From Octopus bimaculoides (Eukaryota), in contig NC_068990.1 in the NCBI RefSeq assembly GCF_001194135.2, positions 79,693,329-79,757,286 of the forward strand: DNA of 63,958 nucleotides, given 5' to 3'. Shown here in pieces: positions 12,871 to 26,709 of this stretch (its first letter is position 1; every line of letters begins with the position of its first letter). Below the pieces are notes generated by a model. That model worked only from the letters and a program-made list of their open reading frames with translations. It ran no database searches and had not been told where the DNA came from. A program made the translations under genes and the position numbers.

Positions 12871-14869
12871 CTGTATGGGGACCGGCATATCAAATAATAG
12901 ACTCAACGCTTTCTTTGCATGTCATAAAAGGCAACTAGAAGAGATTGAGGTAAGATTTGCGCTCTCGACCGCCTAATACCCTCACCAGCAACAACTACCC
13001 AAACAAACCCATGGATTGGAGGGTTGTCGCATGAGAACGAAATCTAAAATAGACGAATGAACGCTTGAAAAGTAATTTAATAAATCTCTAAAACATTCTC
13101 AGCATAGCTGAAAGATATGTATTATTTAAGCTTTAATAAGTATTTCGCCATCCTTAGTCCTAATGGCAACACAACAGATTGAGAGAGAACCATAAACTTG
13201 ACTTATAAGAGAGTAAGTTTTCTTAATACTCTTTTCTTCGTTATACTTTCTAAAGATCAGAGGCACTACCAATCTACCACTTATATCTCACGCTTCTGAT
13301 TTTCTTTTGAATTTTTGAATTAGCTGTAGTTTTATACTGGTTCAATAAATTTTCATTATGATAGTTATTTATGTAGGTCTCTTTGCAACGATAAATTTTG
13401 TATGTGTTTATAATTATAGTCAAAGCAGCAATTTATTTTGGACTATGTAACCCACAATATTTCTTTTGAAATTTGGTAAACCGCTTTTTGAAGACATCAT
13501 ATTTTGCCTTGTCCTTTTAACTCTTGATTAACAGAATTTTCCATAAAGTTTGTAACATCAAGCGTATTTCAAGCGTTGAAAATTTTGTTTTATAATTTTG
13601 GATCTTATTTTGAAGTTCAGTTTAGTTCATACAATATGTCTGTGTCAACGTGCTTCTCAAAATTAAAGCACCTAACATAATTACTTCCAATTAGAACATA
13701 AGTTTTATGTCATGTTTTGGATCCTGAATGCATCCAAGTTGGTTTGTGAAACTAAAGTATTATAAGCAGGCAAAGAAAGTATTATAATTCTGTACACGTT
13801 CGTTGTAAAAATACACTATTCATATTTGATTTTATTTCCTCATGATGTCCTAAACAGTTCCATATTTCACAATTTTTACCAACTTTCATATTGAAATCCC
13901 CAAGAATTGCTACGTTGTCTCCAACTAAAATTTTCTGGATAAAAACTTTTAGTCCAACAATAAACAGATTCTTTTGTCTTCAGGAGAACCATTAATTGTT
14001 CGTGTATAAACACTGATGAACATCACTGAGTGATACAGGATGGAAACACAGACATAAATCTATTATTTAAACTAGATGGTAGTTCAGTAAGGTATGGCAT
14101 TAACGTTTTAACTGTCAAACTAACACCAGAGTCCATCATCAAATATCTTTTCAATGCCACTTCACATAAAAAAAAAAAAAACGAGTAACTAGAGCATAGT
14201 TCGGTATATCGACCCTCACCAGCAAAACAGTTTTCAGATAAGGCGACAATATCCACCCTGTAAAGCAGTTTTTGTTTCGGAAGGTATTTCATTATCATTC
14301 AAAGTTCTTATATTCCAACAACTAACTATAGGATCGGATAGGTTTTTGACAGTCACTTAATAACAACCTGCGCTAAGTTCTCTCTTACTTGGAATCTCTA
14401 CCAATACAAACTTAGGAGATCGAGTTTCACAAGCTGTTTTTGATATTAACATTATTTTGAAAATTTTACATTTCATAAATTTGATTAGGATTTTGTGTTC
14501 GACGGCTACTATCAGGCATACATTATCTAAAATAACGTATAAAATAAATAAATGTATATAAGAATACAAAATATATATAACAATACACTTTTCAAACTAT
14601 ATCAGGTAATTTTAAGATAATTCAACACGATTAAGTGACCTATCCATGTTAACAAGCTACATCTATGTACGGATAAGATCAACTTCATTCTTATAGAAAA
14701 TCCATAACAAATATCTACACCGAGGGATACACCTAAACCAGATGTTCAGTATCCCACTCGCAAGGGATCAATGCTAGGTGGGTCGAAACAAATGCAGTGA
14801 TCAATAAAGACTCTCGTATCTGCCATCTTTCATTGTAATATATAAGCATTGTAATTCATATATAAGTTT

Positions 14870-14970
14870 CCTCGATCTGCACAGACATTCCTCCAGTAGT
14901 CCCTGTCCTCCCTTGACGACTTCAACTCGGTAACTGACAGGTCCCTGTCCATCACAGCGTTGCAACCCAT
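14870..14970 (-). mobile_element. RTE LINE 3' end relic
   Basis: Minus peptide DRDLSVTELKSSREDRDYWRNVC matches the RTE C-terminal 'L...M.DR..WR' motif. Confidence 0.45.
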
Positions 14971-16699
14971 TTTGGCATTTTTCTGTTGGTTTAGTTTTCG
15001 TTTTTTTTTTTTAAGAAGTCTGCTCTTCTTCACTAGTCAGAGTTTTACAAGCTAACGTTGAAAAAATAGCGGTAGTTTATCCTAAAAGAAACATCCAATA
15101 CATTTTTTAAATAATGAACCGTTCCTCTGATGCCTCTAAATATGGATATATAGTTGTATATTGGAGTTGAGGCTTCTTCATGCAAGAGTGTCTCGAAGGG
15201 GCCCGCCCTGATATCGAGGCCCACCCGCCGTGGTAGGAGGGCGCGGTCAGGGGCACCCGAAACAACTACACCTTTTACTCCCCCTTATAAATCCGGCTAT
15301 GTGTTGTGTGTATGTTAATGTATCTCTCTGAGTGTACGTGTGTACGTATGGGCAACCGGAAATTTCTGGCATTAGCTGTTAAAGTTGGTATATTAATAAC
15401 CCAGTATATAGTCATCGCTTTACTTTTGTTTAGGGTAATTATGAATTCTTTATATCGCAAGGATTCATTCAAGAAACTCGTTTGTAATCTCTCAAACTCC
15501 CAGCCTAATTATATACCTTTACATCTCTATTAACTGAATATTTCATTGTTCACATTCAAGACTAATGTTGTAGAATTACAGACAATTCATCAGAGCAATT
15601 TCCAACATTAAATTAGCTCCTTAGTCTCCTCTTTTCTTTCTATTGAGATTAACAATCTCCTCCACTGAAGTCTTGCTTTTTGTAGTAATTATAACCAGGA
15701 CCAACCATTGGTTCAAAATCTGTCACGTGGCTAAAAACACACCAACCCATCATACCATCTCTCTTACTATCCATCTCGCTCCCGTCTATCGAAAATAAAG
15801 TATTACGTCAACAGTTTTTTTTCTTTCTAAACGTCTCACTAACATTATCGATTATTGATATAGAATTGATTTTCTTTGAAACCGAAGAAAAGGAGAGGCA
15901 AAAATGGAGAAAAAATATCAATACATTGAATAGTCTTTATTAATTATTGGAATTATGCGTAACAACTCTTGCTTGTTTGTCTCGTTTGTGTTATTTAATT
16001 TTCTTTTTTCATTTCGGCAATGGCTTTGTTCTGTGGCATTGAAAAATGAAAGATTTATAGCATTTCTTCTGACATCAAAATAATTACTTTTTATAATATG
16101 CGAATTCTACGATGCATATTCGTGTATTTGATTCGGTTAATTACGCGGCTCCCATAGTCTTTTGCGGATGGGGGCATCTCGTTGCTTTCGCTTTTTATAT
16201 CACATTTCAGCTTTATAACAGCGTCTATTGACTCTCTAAAATTAACCCATACACACATTTTCCCACTTCAAGTATTGTCTTTGACATTTAAATTCGGTGC
16301 AAATTGCACTGCATTTTATTTTAAAATTACTGATAACCGACCGAATATTTAATTCTAACAAAAACGATCTGTTTCCAAACATGAGTCGCTTAAGAATTAT
16401 CTAAATGTTTTCAGTTATGAAAATTTATACAAAACGTTTTACTTCTAAACTCCGACAAAAAAAGGCTAGTTGTTGTGGTTTAGGTCGGGTCAGCCCTGAT
16501 AAATCAAAACTTGGAGGTAGAGCATTTCAGTCATAACCTTTCGTTTTCTTTTTCAAGAATTGGGTATGCTATGATACTACATTATCTAATTATGCTTTTT
16601 AAGACTGTAGGATGTAGTTTGAAGGACATTTGGTTGATACTATCAACAATGGTCTTAGGGGTTTACGACTGTAAGAGTAGAAATAAGCTTGAGAGTCAG

Positions 16700-17095
16700 T
16701 TGTAATCACACAGAAGGTCTCTGTAGAGGTCCCAGTATTGGTCACCCTTTTTTGCCATTCGATATTCAGTGCGTGTCGGAGTATGCTGGTGTAGCATCCG
16801 TCGAGTCGTTCCTGCAAAGATTTTGTCAGGGTCCAAGTTTCAGACTCATAAAGTAGCACACTTTCAACCGTGGCTTTGAAGAACATGATTTTTTATCTTC
16901 TTGCGAGCAACGACTGCCAAATCTTATCTAGTTTGCCTGATGGTATTTCAGGCTTGGACCTTTCTTGTCTCGTGTTCTCTCTCTGCTGAGGATGACCATG
17001 CACTGAGATATTTGAAGTCTTCGTCTTGTTTTATTCAAATTAAACTGAATTTAATCTCGCAGTCTATTTTTGGTTCTCCATCTCTTGGTTAACAA
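16700..17095 (-). mobile_element. RTE-clade LINE reverse-transcriptase C-terminal relic
   Basis: EDFKYL... followed by FFKATVESVLLYESETWTLTKSLQERLDGCYTSILRHALNIEW, a hallmark RTE motif. Confidence 0.85.
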
Positions 17096-17619
17096 AAAAT
17101 TTAATTGTTCGATCACACACAATGACGACATAAGCAGATATTTAAAGCTGTACTCGCCAATGTGCTACAATTAACAAGTTTCAGAGGCGTTTTTTCTACT
17201 TCCTGTTTCTCTAATTTATACTATATTGACGTCAGTACTTCTGAACTAACAAAATATATACCTCTTTGCCAATCAGGTCGATCGACCTGACTCATCAATC
17301 TCTCATTCTTTCGGCATCTCTACTAAGTTGCACCTTCCTTATACCGTACTAAACAATTTAATTCCACTCCTTCTCCAGAAATGCAATCCTCTGACATTCT
17401 CTCTTCATCCACTTTTTTCATACTAGCAGGCACCAACGTACAGGCGTTCAAATTGAACTCTGAATGCATGAATTTCTTTAGTTTTGGAAGACCTGAGGAG
17501 ATCAGGGTCACAGTTCCTTGTTGATATGTTAAAAAAAAATTCTCACTTTAAAATAAAAATTAATAACATCATTATTATTTTTCATTATCCTTGTTGTTTA
17601 CTCTTCTTCTAATAGACAA

Positions 17620-18240
17620 CAGAAGGGCAGTTTCAAGTTATTGGCTATTTACGTTCTGAGTTCATATTATGCCGCATATTTTGTCCCTTTGTGGTCGATA
17701 ATACAATTCAGTTATGTACCGTTTGAGATTGAAATAATCAACTGTTTCTATTTCATCAAACTTCTGGCTTTGTATCTATTTTAGAAACAATTTTAATAAC
17801 CAACAGAAAGTCGGTGGGTCGGTAGAAGTTTTAGAGAGTCGAACAAAATTCATTCCTTGCAGTTTTCATTTATGTTTTTTTTATGCTCTCAGTTCAAATC
17901 ATGCTGAGGTCACCTTCACATTTCACCTCTCCAGAGTCGATAAAATTAAGCACCAGCAAAGTATTGGGATCAATGTTACGTAATCAACTAACTCCTTCAA
18001 AATTTGTGATCTTGTATCTAAATTAGTAACAATTATTATAGAGACAATTGGGCAATGGATGATAGAGTCAGAAAAAATGTCTTACGGTATTTAATTAATT
18101 ACATCTCGTTTTAAATTCAAATCCGCAGGGTCAGCATTGTCATCATTCCGTAGTCGATAAAATATCAGTCAGGTATTGGAGTTGATTTAGAAGACTATAT
18201 ATCCTTCTGCAAAATGTGTTGCTGTGTGCCTCTGTTAGTG
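17620..18240 (+). mobile_element. Three consecutive degenerate SINE family A copies
   Basis: Three successive matches to 'acgttctgagttca...gtcgataa...agtacc...gtcaat' near 17650, 17890 and 18115. Confidence 0.55.
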
Positions 18241-19719
18241 TGTAAGAGCATGTATTAACACACGAGTGATTATGTGACAGAAAAGACGAGTTTCATATAT
18301 TGTAATTTCGGCACGTCGCTCCCGCACATATCAAAATTTCAAGTCGGTGCCACATTCGACCTACATTTCTAGCTGGTGGAGAGACTTTTGAAATTTAAAT
18401 TGAGAAAGTAAATAGAGATATTTCTTGGGGTGTGAATTTGATCTTTGATTGGAACGCAGACAACTTCGCGATATGTTTCGGTCTTATTTAGAAGTCCCTA
18501 GCTAAGTATAGTCTTATACGTGACTATCAGATTTGAGGATGATTCAGAGATGTAGTTTATGTGTGAGCATAACTATGATAGTATATTATATTACAAGTAC
18601 TATAATGTAGTACTGAAGTATATCACTGACGTTTAGTGTAGTATCTTAACATATACTATCAAAATTTTTTATACAACAGATAATTTGTAAATCCGACTCA
18701 GAACTGTTTGCAATGCACCGAAGAAGGCCATAAACATCACAACATCGAATTATCCATGTTTTCAGACTTAAGGTTTCATACTTATTAAAAAATCCTTACA
18801 ATTAAATAGATATGAAGTCTTTAGATATAGTTTTATCAATTGTGCCAGCCACAGCTCTCGTTATTAAAAAACAAACAAACTTTATTTCATGTATGATAAA
18901 GTCATATTTCAGAAAAAACCCACAAAAAATAAAAAATAACGCATACATAAAACAAAACAAAGTAAACGTGAAAATGTTAAAAAATTCAACATTCTAATAT
19001 TCAATTTACTTTTTCTTTATTCGTTGATTTCGCTTTTCGTTTATCATTTGTTTTCCATTCATTTGATTTTGATATTTTAAAGAACATTTCAAATGTGATG
19101 GATTTAAAGAGCAAATAAAATTAAATGAAATTAAATAAAATAAACTCGAAAGAATGAATGTCAGTCACTCCAAGAGTAAAACTACAATAAAATCATTTCA
19201 ATTTTGCTATAATTTTCTAGTAATTCGTTAAAAAAACTTTTCTTTCTTATTGAGTTAAACGCAGTCTTTTAGAAGTTAGACACTTCAGTTAAAAATCGTT
19301 AACTTTTATTCATCTAAGACAGGCATGACCAGATGGTTAAAAATTCACTACTAGACAACATGGTTCTGTTATCATTATCTCGGAAGGCCCAATACATAAC
19401 CTTTCCTAGACACTATGCATGCAGTGTCAGATGCGTCGTCTCAAGTTGCATTGATATTATCCACATAAACTGACCTTTGACAAAAAAGATTCCAAAGCAA
19501 TTTATTAAAACAGTTTGTTAAAACTAGCCAATCAAATATTGATTGGTTCTAGGTAATCAAATATTATTTTTTTCTGTTTCAAAGTTGGATTCATTATAAT
19601 GAGTGAATCATGAGTGATGTTGAAGGTATTCTAAAAAAATGGATAGAGCATCTCACAGATATAGTGATTACTTTGTGATCACACTGTCAACATGTAGAAT
19701 GTTTCACCATCTTCACAAG

Positions 19720-20900
19720 ATTGGAGAAGCAATATTGATTTCCCCGAACAAGACAAGCCGTATTAGCTTTCCTTGTAACAGTTGATAAGGTTTTTATTGA
19801 ATCGTATGCAGACACATATATGTCAAATCTTATCACAAACTCCTAATGCGGATTCAAATCTGGCAGAGGGACTATAGATATGATCTATTGTGTCAGACAT
19901 TTGCAAAAGGAATGTATAGAGAAGAGACTTATCTAACGAAAGCTTTTGATATGGTGAGTAGAAATGAGCCGTGGAGAATCATGTAAAATTTGGGATATTG
20001 ACTTAAGTTTGTTAATTCGTTTATCCTACTACACACTGGCTTGAAGGTCTCTTCAAATCAAATAGTGCTCTGTAGGAATCACGTGGAAAATAGTGTCATC
20101 TTTATTTTTCATACACTTTGCAGTTGTGAATTTTCGGGCAGTTAAAGACCGTTATCTAAGCATTTTTGTCTGCTATCACACAAGGTAACTCTTTAATCTG
20201 AATCGTTTTAAAAAGCTAAATTAAAGAGGTTTATAACTCTGGTTTGTTGATGATTATGACCTAGTGGCTCATTTAGAAAAAAATATTCAAAAGATAATGA
20301 ATCTCTTCTCCAGAGACTTAAACAACCTTCCAGAAAACTAAGGTGATGTTTACACCAGTTCCAGGAGGACCGTATGTGGAACCAAATATACTTGTTTAAG
20401 GGACTGAACTTGATGTAGGAGATTCTTTTGTGTACTCTTGCAGCTCTTTCTCCAGGAATGGCTGCTTAGATTATGAGATCAGTTTGAGGAGTGAGGAGGC
20501 CACAAGTGCGTTCGGTACAATATAGAATCGTGTCTGGTCGACGGGGAGTTGAAACGTTCTGCTAAACTTTACATCAATTGTTGCTTGCGTCATTAAGTCC
20601 CTTTTCATGTATCGATGGTACCTCAAAATACTTGAAAGGTTTTACCAGAAGTCTCTAAGGCGTGTACTAAACATCACTGACAATCTTATACACCTGATAC
20701 AGAACTTCCGGAAAGGTACGATGTCTTAATAGGGAAGCTTACCTCATCATGTACCATATGCGATGTTTGAACAGAGGCGAATAGCGGTCTATTAGTAGAA
20801 ACAGTAGTGAGGCGTAACGCTCGAAAGCTGTAACCGATTGAGGTCATGTAGGGTAGGGGCTTGATAGATAATCTCTCTCCTGCACAGTTTGTTGTCGGAT
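19720..20900 (+). mobile_element. RTE/BovB-like LINE RT relic
   Basis: GFKSGRGTIDMIYCVRHLQKECIEK, LTKAFDMVSR and later BovB-like motifs, broken by many stops and frameshifts. Confidence 0.75.
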
Positions 20901-21149
20901 TATACTTCAAAAGATGGTTTGGAGATCTATGAAAGATCGTACATAATGAAACAAATACGGGATACCCACAAACCGCTTATATACATACACCCCCACCTGA
21001 GAAGTTGTTTATGCCCGGGTATGTTCTTATTTACCGAATGCACTAGGACAGAGCAGTTGATAAGATTTTTGAAAAATTATTTGCTACATTTATCTCTCCA
21101 TCTCTCACACACACAGACACACGCACGCACACACAGAGTTTCTTCCCAC

Positions 21150-21345
21150 GGATTATAAGACTTGGTTCCCAGGTGTTTAGTATCATGGAAGATACCTAAC
21201 ACCCAAGTACCAATTTCAAAATCCTGGCTGTTCCTAATAGAGCAGTGTTTTTGAGCATGCTCTACTATCATGTCAATTCCGATTTTTCCGATATATTTCT
21301 CGAACTTGGTTGTTAGTCCTCCGAGTGTCCAATGATAGAATATCA
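21150..21345 (-). mobile_element. R4/Dong-type (RLE) non-LTR retrotransposon 3' end
   Basis: LGGLTTKFEKYIGKIGIDMIVEHAQK then, after a frameshift, TALLGTARILKLVLG*, matching the family C-terminus 'QKTALLGTARILRKVL'. Confidence 0.75.
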
Positions 21346-22233
21346 CATGACAATATGGAGTTTCGTCATTTCCTGTCTCGTGTGATACTGAGAAAATTTG
21401 ATGAGTATTAGGTTAAATGGCAAATGGCTATAATTTATTCGAATTACCGACAAAAGTTATATTATTATATTTTAAACTTGTAAGCATTGTTTGTCATTGG
21501 TTAATGAAGTTAGTTTGGTTATGAATTCTGTGTTCAAAACTCATAAGCCATTTGGCTACTGTACGGTTAATGAAGGACCTGCAATGAAATGGCTCTGCCG
21601 GAAATAGAACCTCAGACACATACTCGATGTGTCTGCAATTTATCAACAATGAGCAGCGCTTGTATACTCATATACACATACGCGCACGCAAAAAAATCAG
21701 TCCCACATTAGCATATAAACAAAATATGCAGTAGAGAATCAAAGATACATACTAACATACAGGTAAACTACACAGATTGATACATATTGCATGACGTTTA
21801 CTCAGATGTCGTTGTTTATTTTCATTAATTATCATATCTTGTCAGTTTTCATGAATAAAATTTTAATTCCGACTATTTAAAAAAATCTGAACAGCAAAAT
21901 ATTAAAATATTCTTACAAAATAATTTAGAAATGATATTGGAAATTAAAATAATCTGAAATTAATAACAAATATACCATAAGTGGCTTTTCTTGTTGGCAG
22001 AAATCGGTAGACTTAACATTAAAACTATTTCTACTTTGGATATTATTTTGACGGTATTAAGTTGTTTATTGATAAAACACTCTAGTTGTTGTTGTGGTTG
22101 CTGCTGCCGCCGCATTGTCGCCATCGTCGTATCATTGTCATATTTACGTTTTCTTTGGAATGAGTAACTTTGTTCAAAAATAGAGTAACCATGATAATGA
22201 TGATGGTGATGATGACGCTGACACATACATACA

Positions 22234-22264
<31 letters not shown>

Positions 22265-22478
22265 GCATAAATATGTATGTGTTTGTGTATGTGTGTGCAT
22301 GTGTGTTAAATTGAAATTATTATTTTGAAGCTAATTTAAAAACAACTGAACATTTACTGATGGGAAGAGGGGATTGACTCAATACTGAGAAAAGAGTCAA
22401 ATTTATTGTAAATTTCGTGTCAACATGAATTTTCACAACACACATTGCACACAGACATTACACACACAAACACGCACG

Positions 22479-22517
<39 letters not shown>

Positions 22518-23639
22518 NNNNNNNNNNNNNNNNNNNNNNNNNNNNNNNNNNNNNNNNNNNNNNNNNNNNNNNNNNNNNNNNNNNNNNNNNNNNNNNNNNN
22601 NNNNNNNNNNNNNNNNNNNNNNNNNNNNNNNNNNNNNNNNNNNNNNNNNNNNNNNNNNNNNNNNNNNNNNNNNNNNNNNNNNNNNNNNNNNNNNNNNNNN
22701 NNNNNNNNNNNNNNNNNNNNNNNNNNNNNNNNNNNNNNNNNNNNNNNNNNNNNNNNNNNNNNNNNNNNNNNNNNNNNNNNNNNNNNNNNNNNNNNNNNNN
22801 NNNNNNNNNNNNNNNNNNNNNNNNNNNNNNNNNNNNNNNNNNNNNNNNNNNNNNNNNNNNNNNNNNNNNNNNNNNNNNNNNNNNNNNNNNNNNNNNNNNN
22901 NNNNNNNNNNNNNNNNNNNNNNNNNNNNNNNNNNNNNNNNNNNNNNNNNNNNNNNNNNNNNNNNNNNNNNNNNNNNNNNNNNNNNNNNNNNNNNNNNNNN
23001 NNNNNNNNNNNNNNNNNNNNNNNNNNNNNNNNNNNNNNNNNNNNNNNNNNNNNNNNNNNNNNNNNNNNNNNNNNNNNNNNNNNNNNNNNNNNNNNNNNTA
23101 TATATATATATATATTGTATTTCGGGATTTGTGGAAGGAATATTTAGTAATTGCAAAAGTAAGAAACCGAACGCAGATCACTATATTCGATGCAAAGAAG
23201 AACAACTAAAGAACACGATCGTGATTAGATAAAGTATTACGAACATCATCTAAAACTCTGACCATTGAAGACTTCATATGAAACCGGATCTAATAACGAT
23301 TTCATATTTTGTGCGCTTTTTCTGATCAAGACCATCAATGTATATTCAGCGCATTTTAGCCATCACAGGCAGACAGCTGAAAGCAGACGGACATTATACA
23401 CGGCAGTTAGCGGACAGTAGCAGAACCAGCAGCAGGCAAGATTGCTGTTACAACAGGAAAAACATTGGACAACGGCGGTAGCAATACACCACGAGCAACT
23501 AACACCAAGAAACTCACGACCGCGACTATTGCCAGTAGTCCAAGAACAATAACCTTCGAACTAACTCGGTGTTTGTCGTTGGTAGTCACGACAACATTTC
23601 TGTTTATAATAAAAATAAAAATTTTTATTTTATTAAAAA

Positions 23640-24098
23640 TTTCAAATTCCAGTGTTCTTTACTCAATCTCTCTTCTCTTTGAAAGCATCTCATACAATTA
23701 CTCGTTTTAATGAAGAAAACATTTTTCACAAGAAGCAAATTTGGCAGATATGGTCAGAATCATGCGTAGTAATTTTGTTACTTCTGCCAGAGCTTGGTTT
23801 AGTTCAATTTTCCGTTTTATATCTGCAACTTCTTGTATATTTGACGCTTGATTTGCAAAATCAGCGGAATAAACTGATTTCAGTTCGCATTTCAATCCAT
23901 CTAAATCCAATGTTTTTATAGTCATCCAAAGATGAAAACACTACTATCGAAAATTATTTTCGGAAACGTGAAAAGGATTAGGATTCACGAATTCAATAAA
24001 TCTGAACTCACCGTTTGTTTTAAATTTTTGTTCAACGTAAACAATAACCTCATGCAGAATGTTGTTAAACAAAGTTCTTAAAACAGCTTCATCTTCTT
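23640..24098 (-). mobile_element. hAT transposase relic (ZMYM1-like, C-terminal dimerisation region), truncated by a gap
   Basis: LFNNILHEVIVYVEQKFK...LKCELKSVYS...LAEVTKLLRMILTISAKFASCEKCF.L.KR resembles 'EV.KLL.LILTIPATSASCERSFS.LKR'; contains stops. Confidence 0.75.
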
Positions 24099-25469
24099 NN
24101 NNNNNNNNNNNNNNNNNNNNNNNNNNNNNNNNNNNNNNNNNNNNNNNNNNNNNNNNNNNNNNNNNNNNNNNNNNNNNNNNNNNNNNNNNNNNNNNNNNNN
24201 NNNNNNNNNNNNNNNNNNNNNNNNNNNNNNNNNNNNNNNNNNNNNNNNNNNNNNNNNNNNNNNNNNNNNNNNNNNNNNNNNNNNNNNNNNNNNNNNNNNN
24301 NNNNNNNNNNNNNNNNNNNNNNNNNNNNNNNNNNNNNNNNNNNNNNNNNNNNNNNNNNNNNNNNNNNNNNNNNNNNNNNNNNNNNNNNNNNNNNNNNNNN
24401 NNNNNNNNNNNNNNNNNNNNNNNNNNNNNNNNNNNNNNNNNNNNNNNNNNNNNNNNNNNNNNNNNNNNNNNNNNNNNNNNNNNNNNNNNNNNNNNNNNNN
24501 NNNNNNNNNNNNNNNNNNNNNNNNNNNNNNNNNNNNNNNNNNNNNNNNNNNNNNNNNNNNNNNNNNNNNNNNNNNNNNNNNNNNNNNNNNNNNNNNNNNN
24601 NNNNNNNNNNNNNNNNNNNNNNNNNNNNNNNNNNNNNNNNNNNNNNNNNNNNNNNNNNNNNNNNNNNNNNNNNNNNNNNNNATATATATATATATAGGTG
24701 TCTATATAAGTGCTCTGTTGTGAACAAGTTTAACCGTCTTTAAACTCCTGAACTACATACAAATGTATACCTTTAATACTCTGGCACATTTTAGCTGTAA
24801 ATTATTTCATTGTTAACACAATAATGAAGAAATTACGAAGAAATTTAATTATACCTTTTATTTTACTCTAACTTATCAGACATTGTATAAAAATGTTAAA
24901 TTACACTTTTATTTTATTGAAATTAGATTATTTATTGCTTTTGTCTTTTTGAATATAATAGAATGTAAAATTTTATGCTTTTAAAAAACAATTTATTTTC
25001 CTTTAGAGCTGGTTGTTATTTAATAGTTTGTAAATAGTTTGAGCAAACTTACTAGTGTTTTATACTTGTCCAGTTTTGTGTTAGAAATAATGAATGGTAC
25101 GTATTTTCTTTTTTAATAAGTCAGAAAACAGAGAAGGTAAAGTCAATACACACGGCGTTTGATGGCATTACTAGATCGACGAGTTGATGTTCAGTTTCAG
25201 TATCTGTAGGTTCGATGTAAGGTAAAGAAGGATTGGGAGAATCTAAGAGGCGAGTCTTAGTAGGAGTAAAAGGAAGCTGAAAAAGGTGCTGGCCAAGTGT
25301 ATTTCGGTGTATTTGTGTGTTGACAGCTGGTTCAGAGGAGCCAAGCTCGCTGCAGAAATGATATAAGTGAATGAGAGGAAACAGTGTATCTGTGAACTAA
25401 TTGTTGTAGCTAGAATTTTTGTGGGTGTAGCAGCAGTACCATTCCATCTATATGAGCAATATTGTATCA

Positions 25470-25915
25470 TTATTATCATTACCTGTTCGGGTAATACAGT
25501 ATATCGTCTGTGTTTTCGATTCGCACAATAAAATGGGTAATACTTTTACTCTGCATACTTTGCTCTTCATTTGGACCAACACGTGATTGTTGTTCTACAC
25601 TCAATTTCTCAACCTTCAGAATGCCGAGGTGTTTTCGTCTCCTTGCCTTTCAGTTAGGCATTGGAGCTGTTATCATTAATGATTTTGCAACTCAGATACA
25701 TAAAGTGGTTTGCCACTTCCAATCCCTGCTCTTCATTAAAGATCTACTCAGGTTGTGCTATTAAACTTATATCAGGACTTGGTTGATTGATAATTTCAGT
25801 CTTCTGGATGTTAATTTTGAAATCGAACGTTGACACCATTTCATCAAAAGTATCCTCCAAGCTCTGCATATCCCCTGTGCGATAGAAAACACCGACAATC
25901 AGCAAATAACATGTC
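25470..25915 (-). mobile_element. RTE/BovB-like LINE RT relic
   Basis: GDMQSLEDTFDEMVSTFDFKINIQKTEI...LEVANHFMYLSCKI...VLPILLC, the RT domains downstream of FADD. Confidence 0.7.
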
Positions 25916-26490
25916 TTACTAACGTGTTTTATCTTAGTTTTCCATGAGAAGATGGTAACACCTTCAAGAGGTTAGTATTGGAACTTGCTCATACAATACA
26001 TACACACATATACACGCACGCGCACTTACACACACACACCTACACACACAGACACACAGACACAAACTCAAACACACACAGCATCGATCTACTTTCGGAA
26101 TGCTTGTTTGTGCATCATTGACAAATTAAGTGAAAGTAGCAGAAATTAAAGCTTAGCCCTACATGAAACCTTTATAACTGTTGATGTGTTCGTTTACAAT
26201 TTAAGATCACATTTAATGTTTCTCTATCAGTGTCCATATTTAAAAAAAAAAAAAATTGAAATAAGATATGCGGAGAAAAATGAAATTAGTCAAGATGTAA
26301 ATATTCCCAAGTGTTAAAGAGCGAAAGCATTCAATATTGAAAATGTTTGTAAGCCAGTATCAATAATTTATATCTATCGACGCAGGTGCATATGTCCCAC
26401 TTCACATTAAAGACAAGAATTTTAATGCCTTTAGGTTATTATATTTTGATGAATATTGCAGTTACCATCACTGCCCGTGGTTTAACATAG

Positions 26491-26560
<70 letters not shown>

Positions 26561-26676
26561 NNNNNNNNNNGAACACACAAACACACACACACACACACAC
26601 AAACACACAAACACACAAACACACACACACACACACATCATTTGAAAGTCAAAGAGAATTGTGGTTGTCTAACATC

Positions 26677-26709
<33 letters not shown>

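Noticed and set aside
15198-15258. HDV-like ribozyme
   Set aside because: No consistent P1/P1.1/P3/J4-2 arrangement on either strand.
18460-18535. Minus-strand hammerhead-like CTGATAG...GAAAC
   Set aside because: The core lacks CUGANGA and stem I cannot form.
23407-23589. Hydrophobic 60-aa ORF resembling a membrane peptide
   Set aside because: It is the antisense of C/A-rich low-complexity sequence, starts at GTG and has no splice support.
23985-24098. Apparent exon with a G|GTGAGT donor on the minus strand
   Set aside because: The frame continues past the donor as hAT transposase-like sequence, so it is a TE relic.
22420-24727. Long ORFs of 200-300 aa here and at 35302-35808, 55773-56687 and 57166-57754
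   Set aside because: Artefacts of N-gaps translated as X plus flanking microsatellites.
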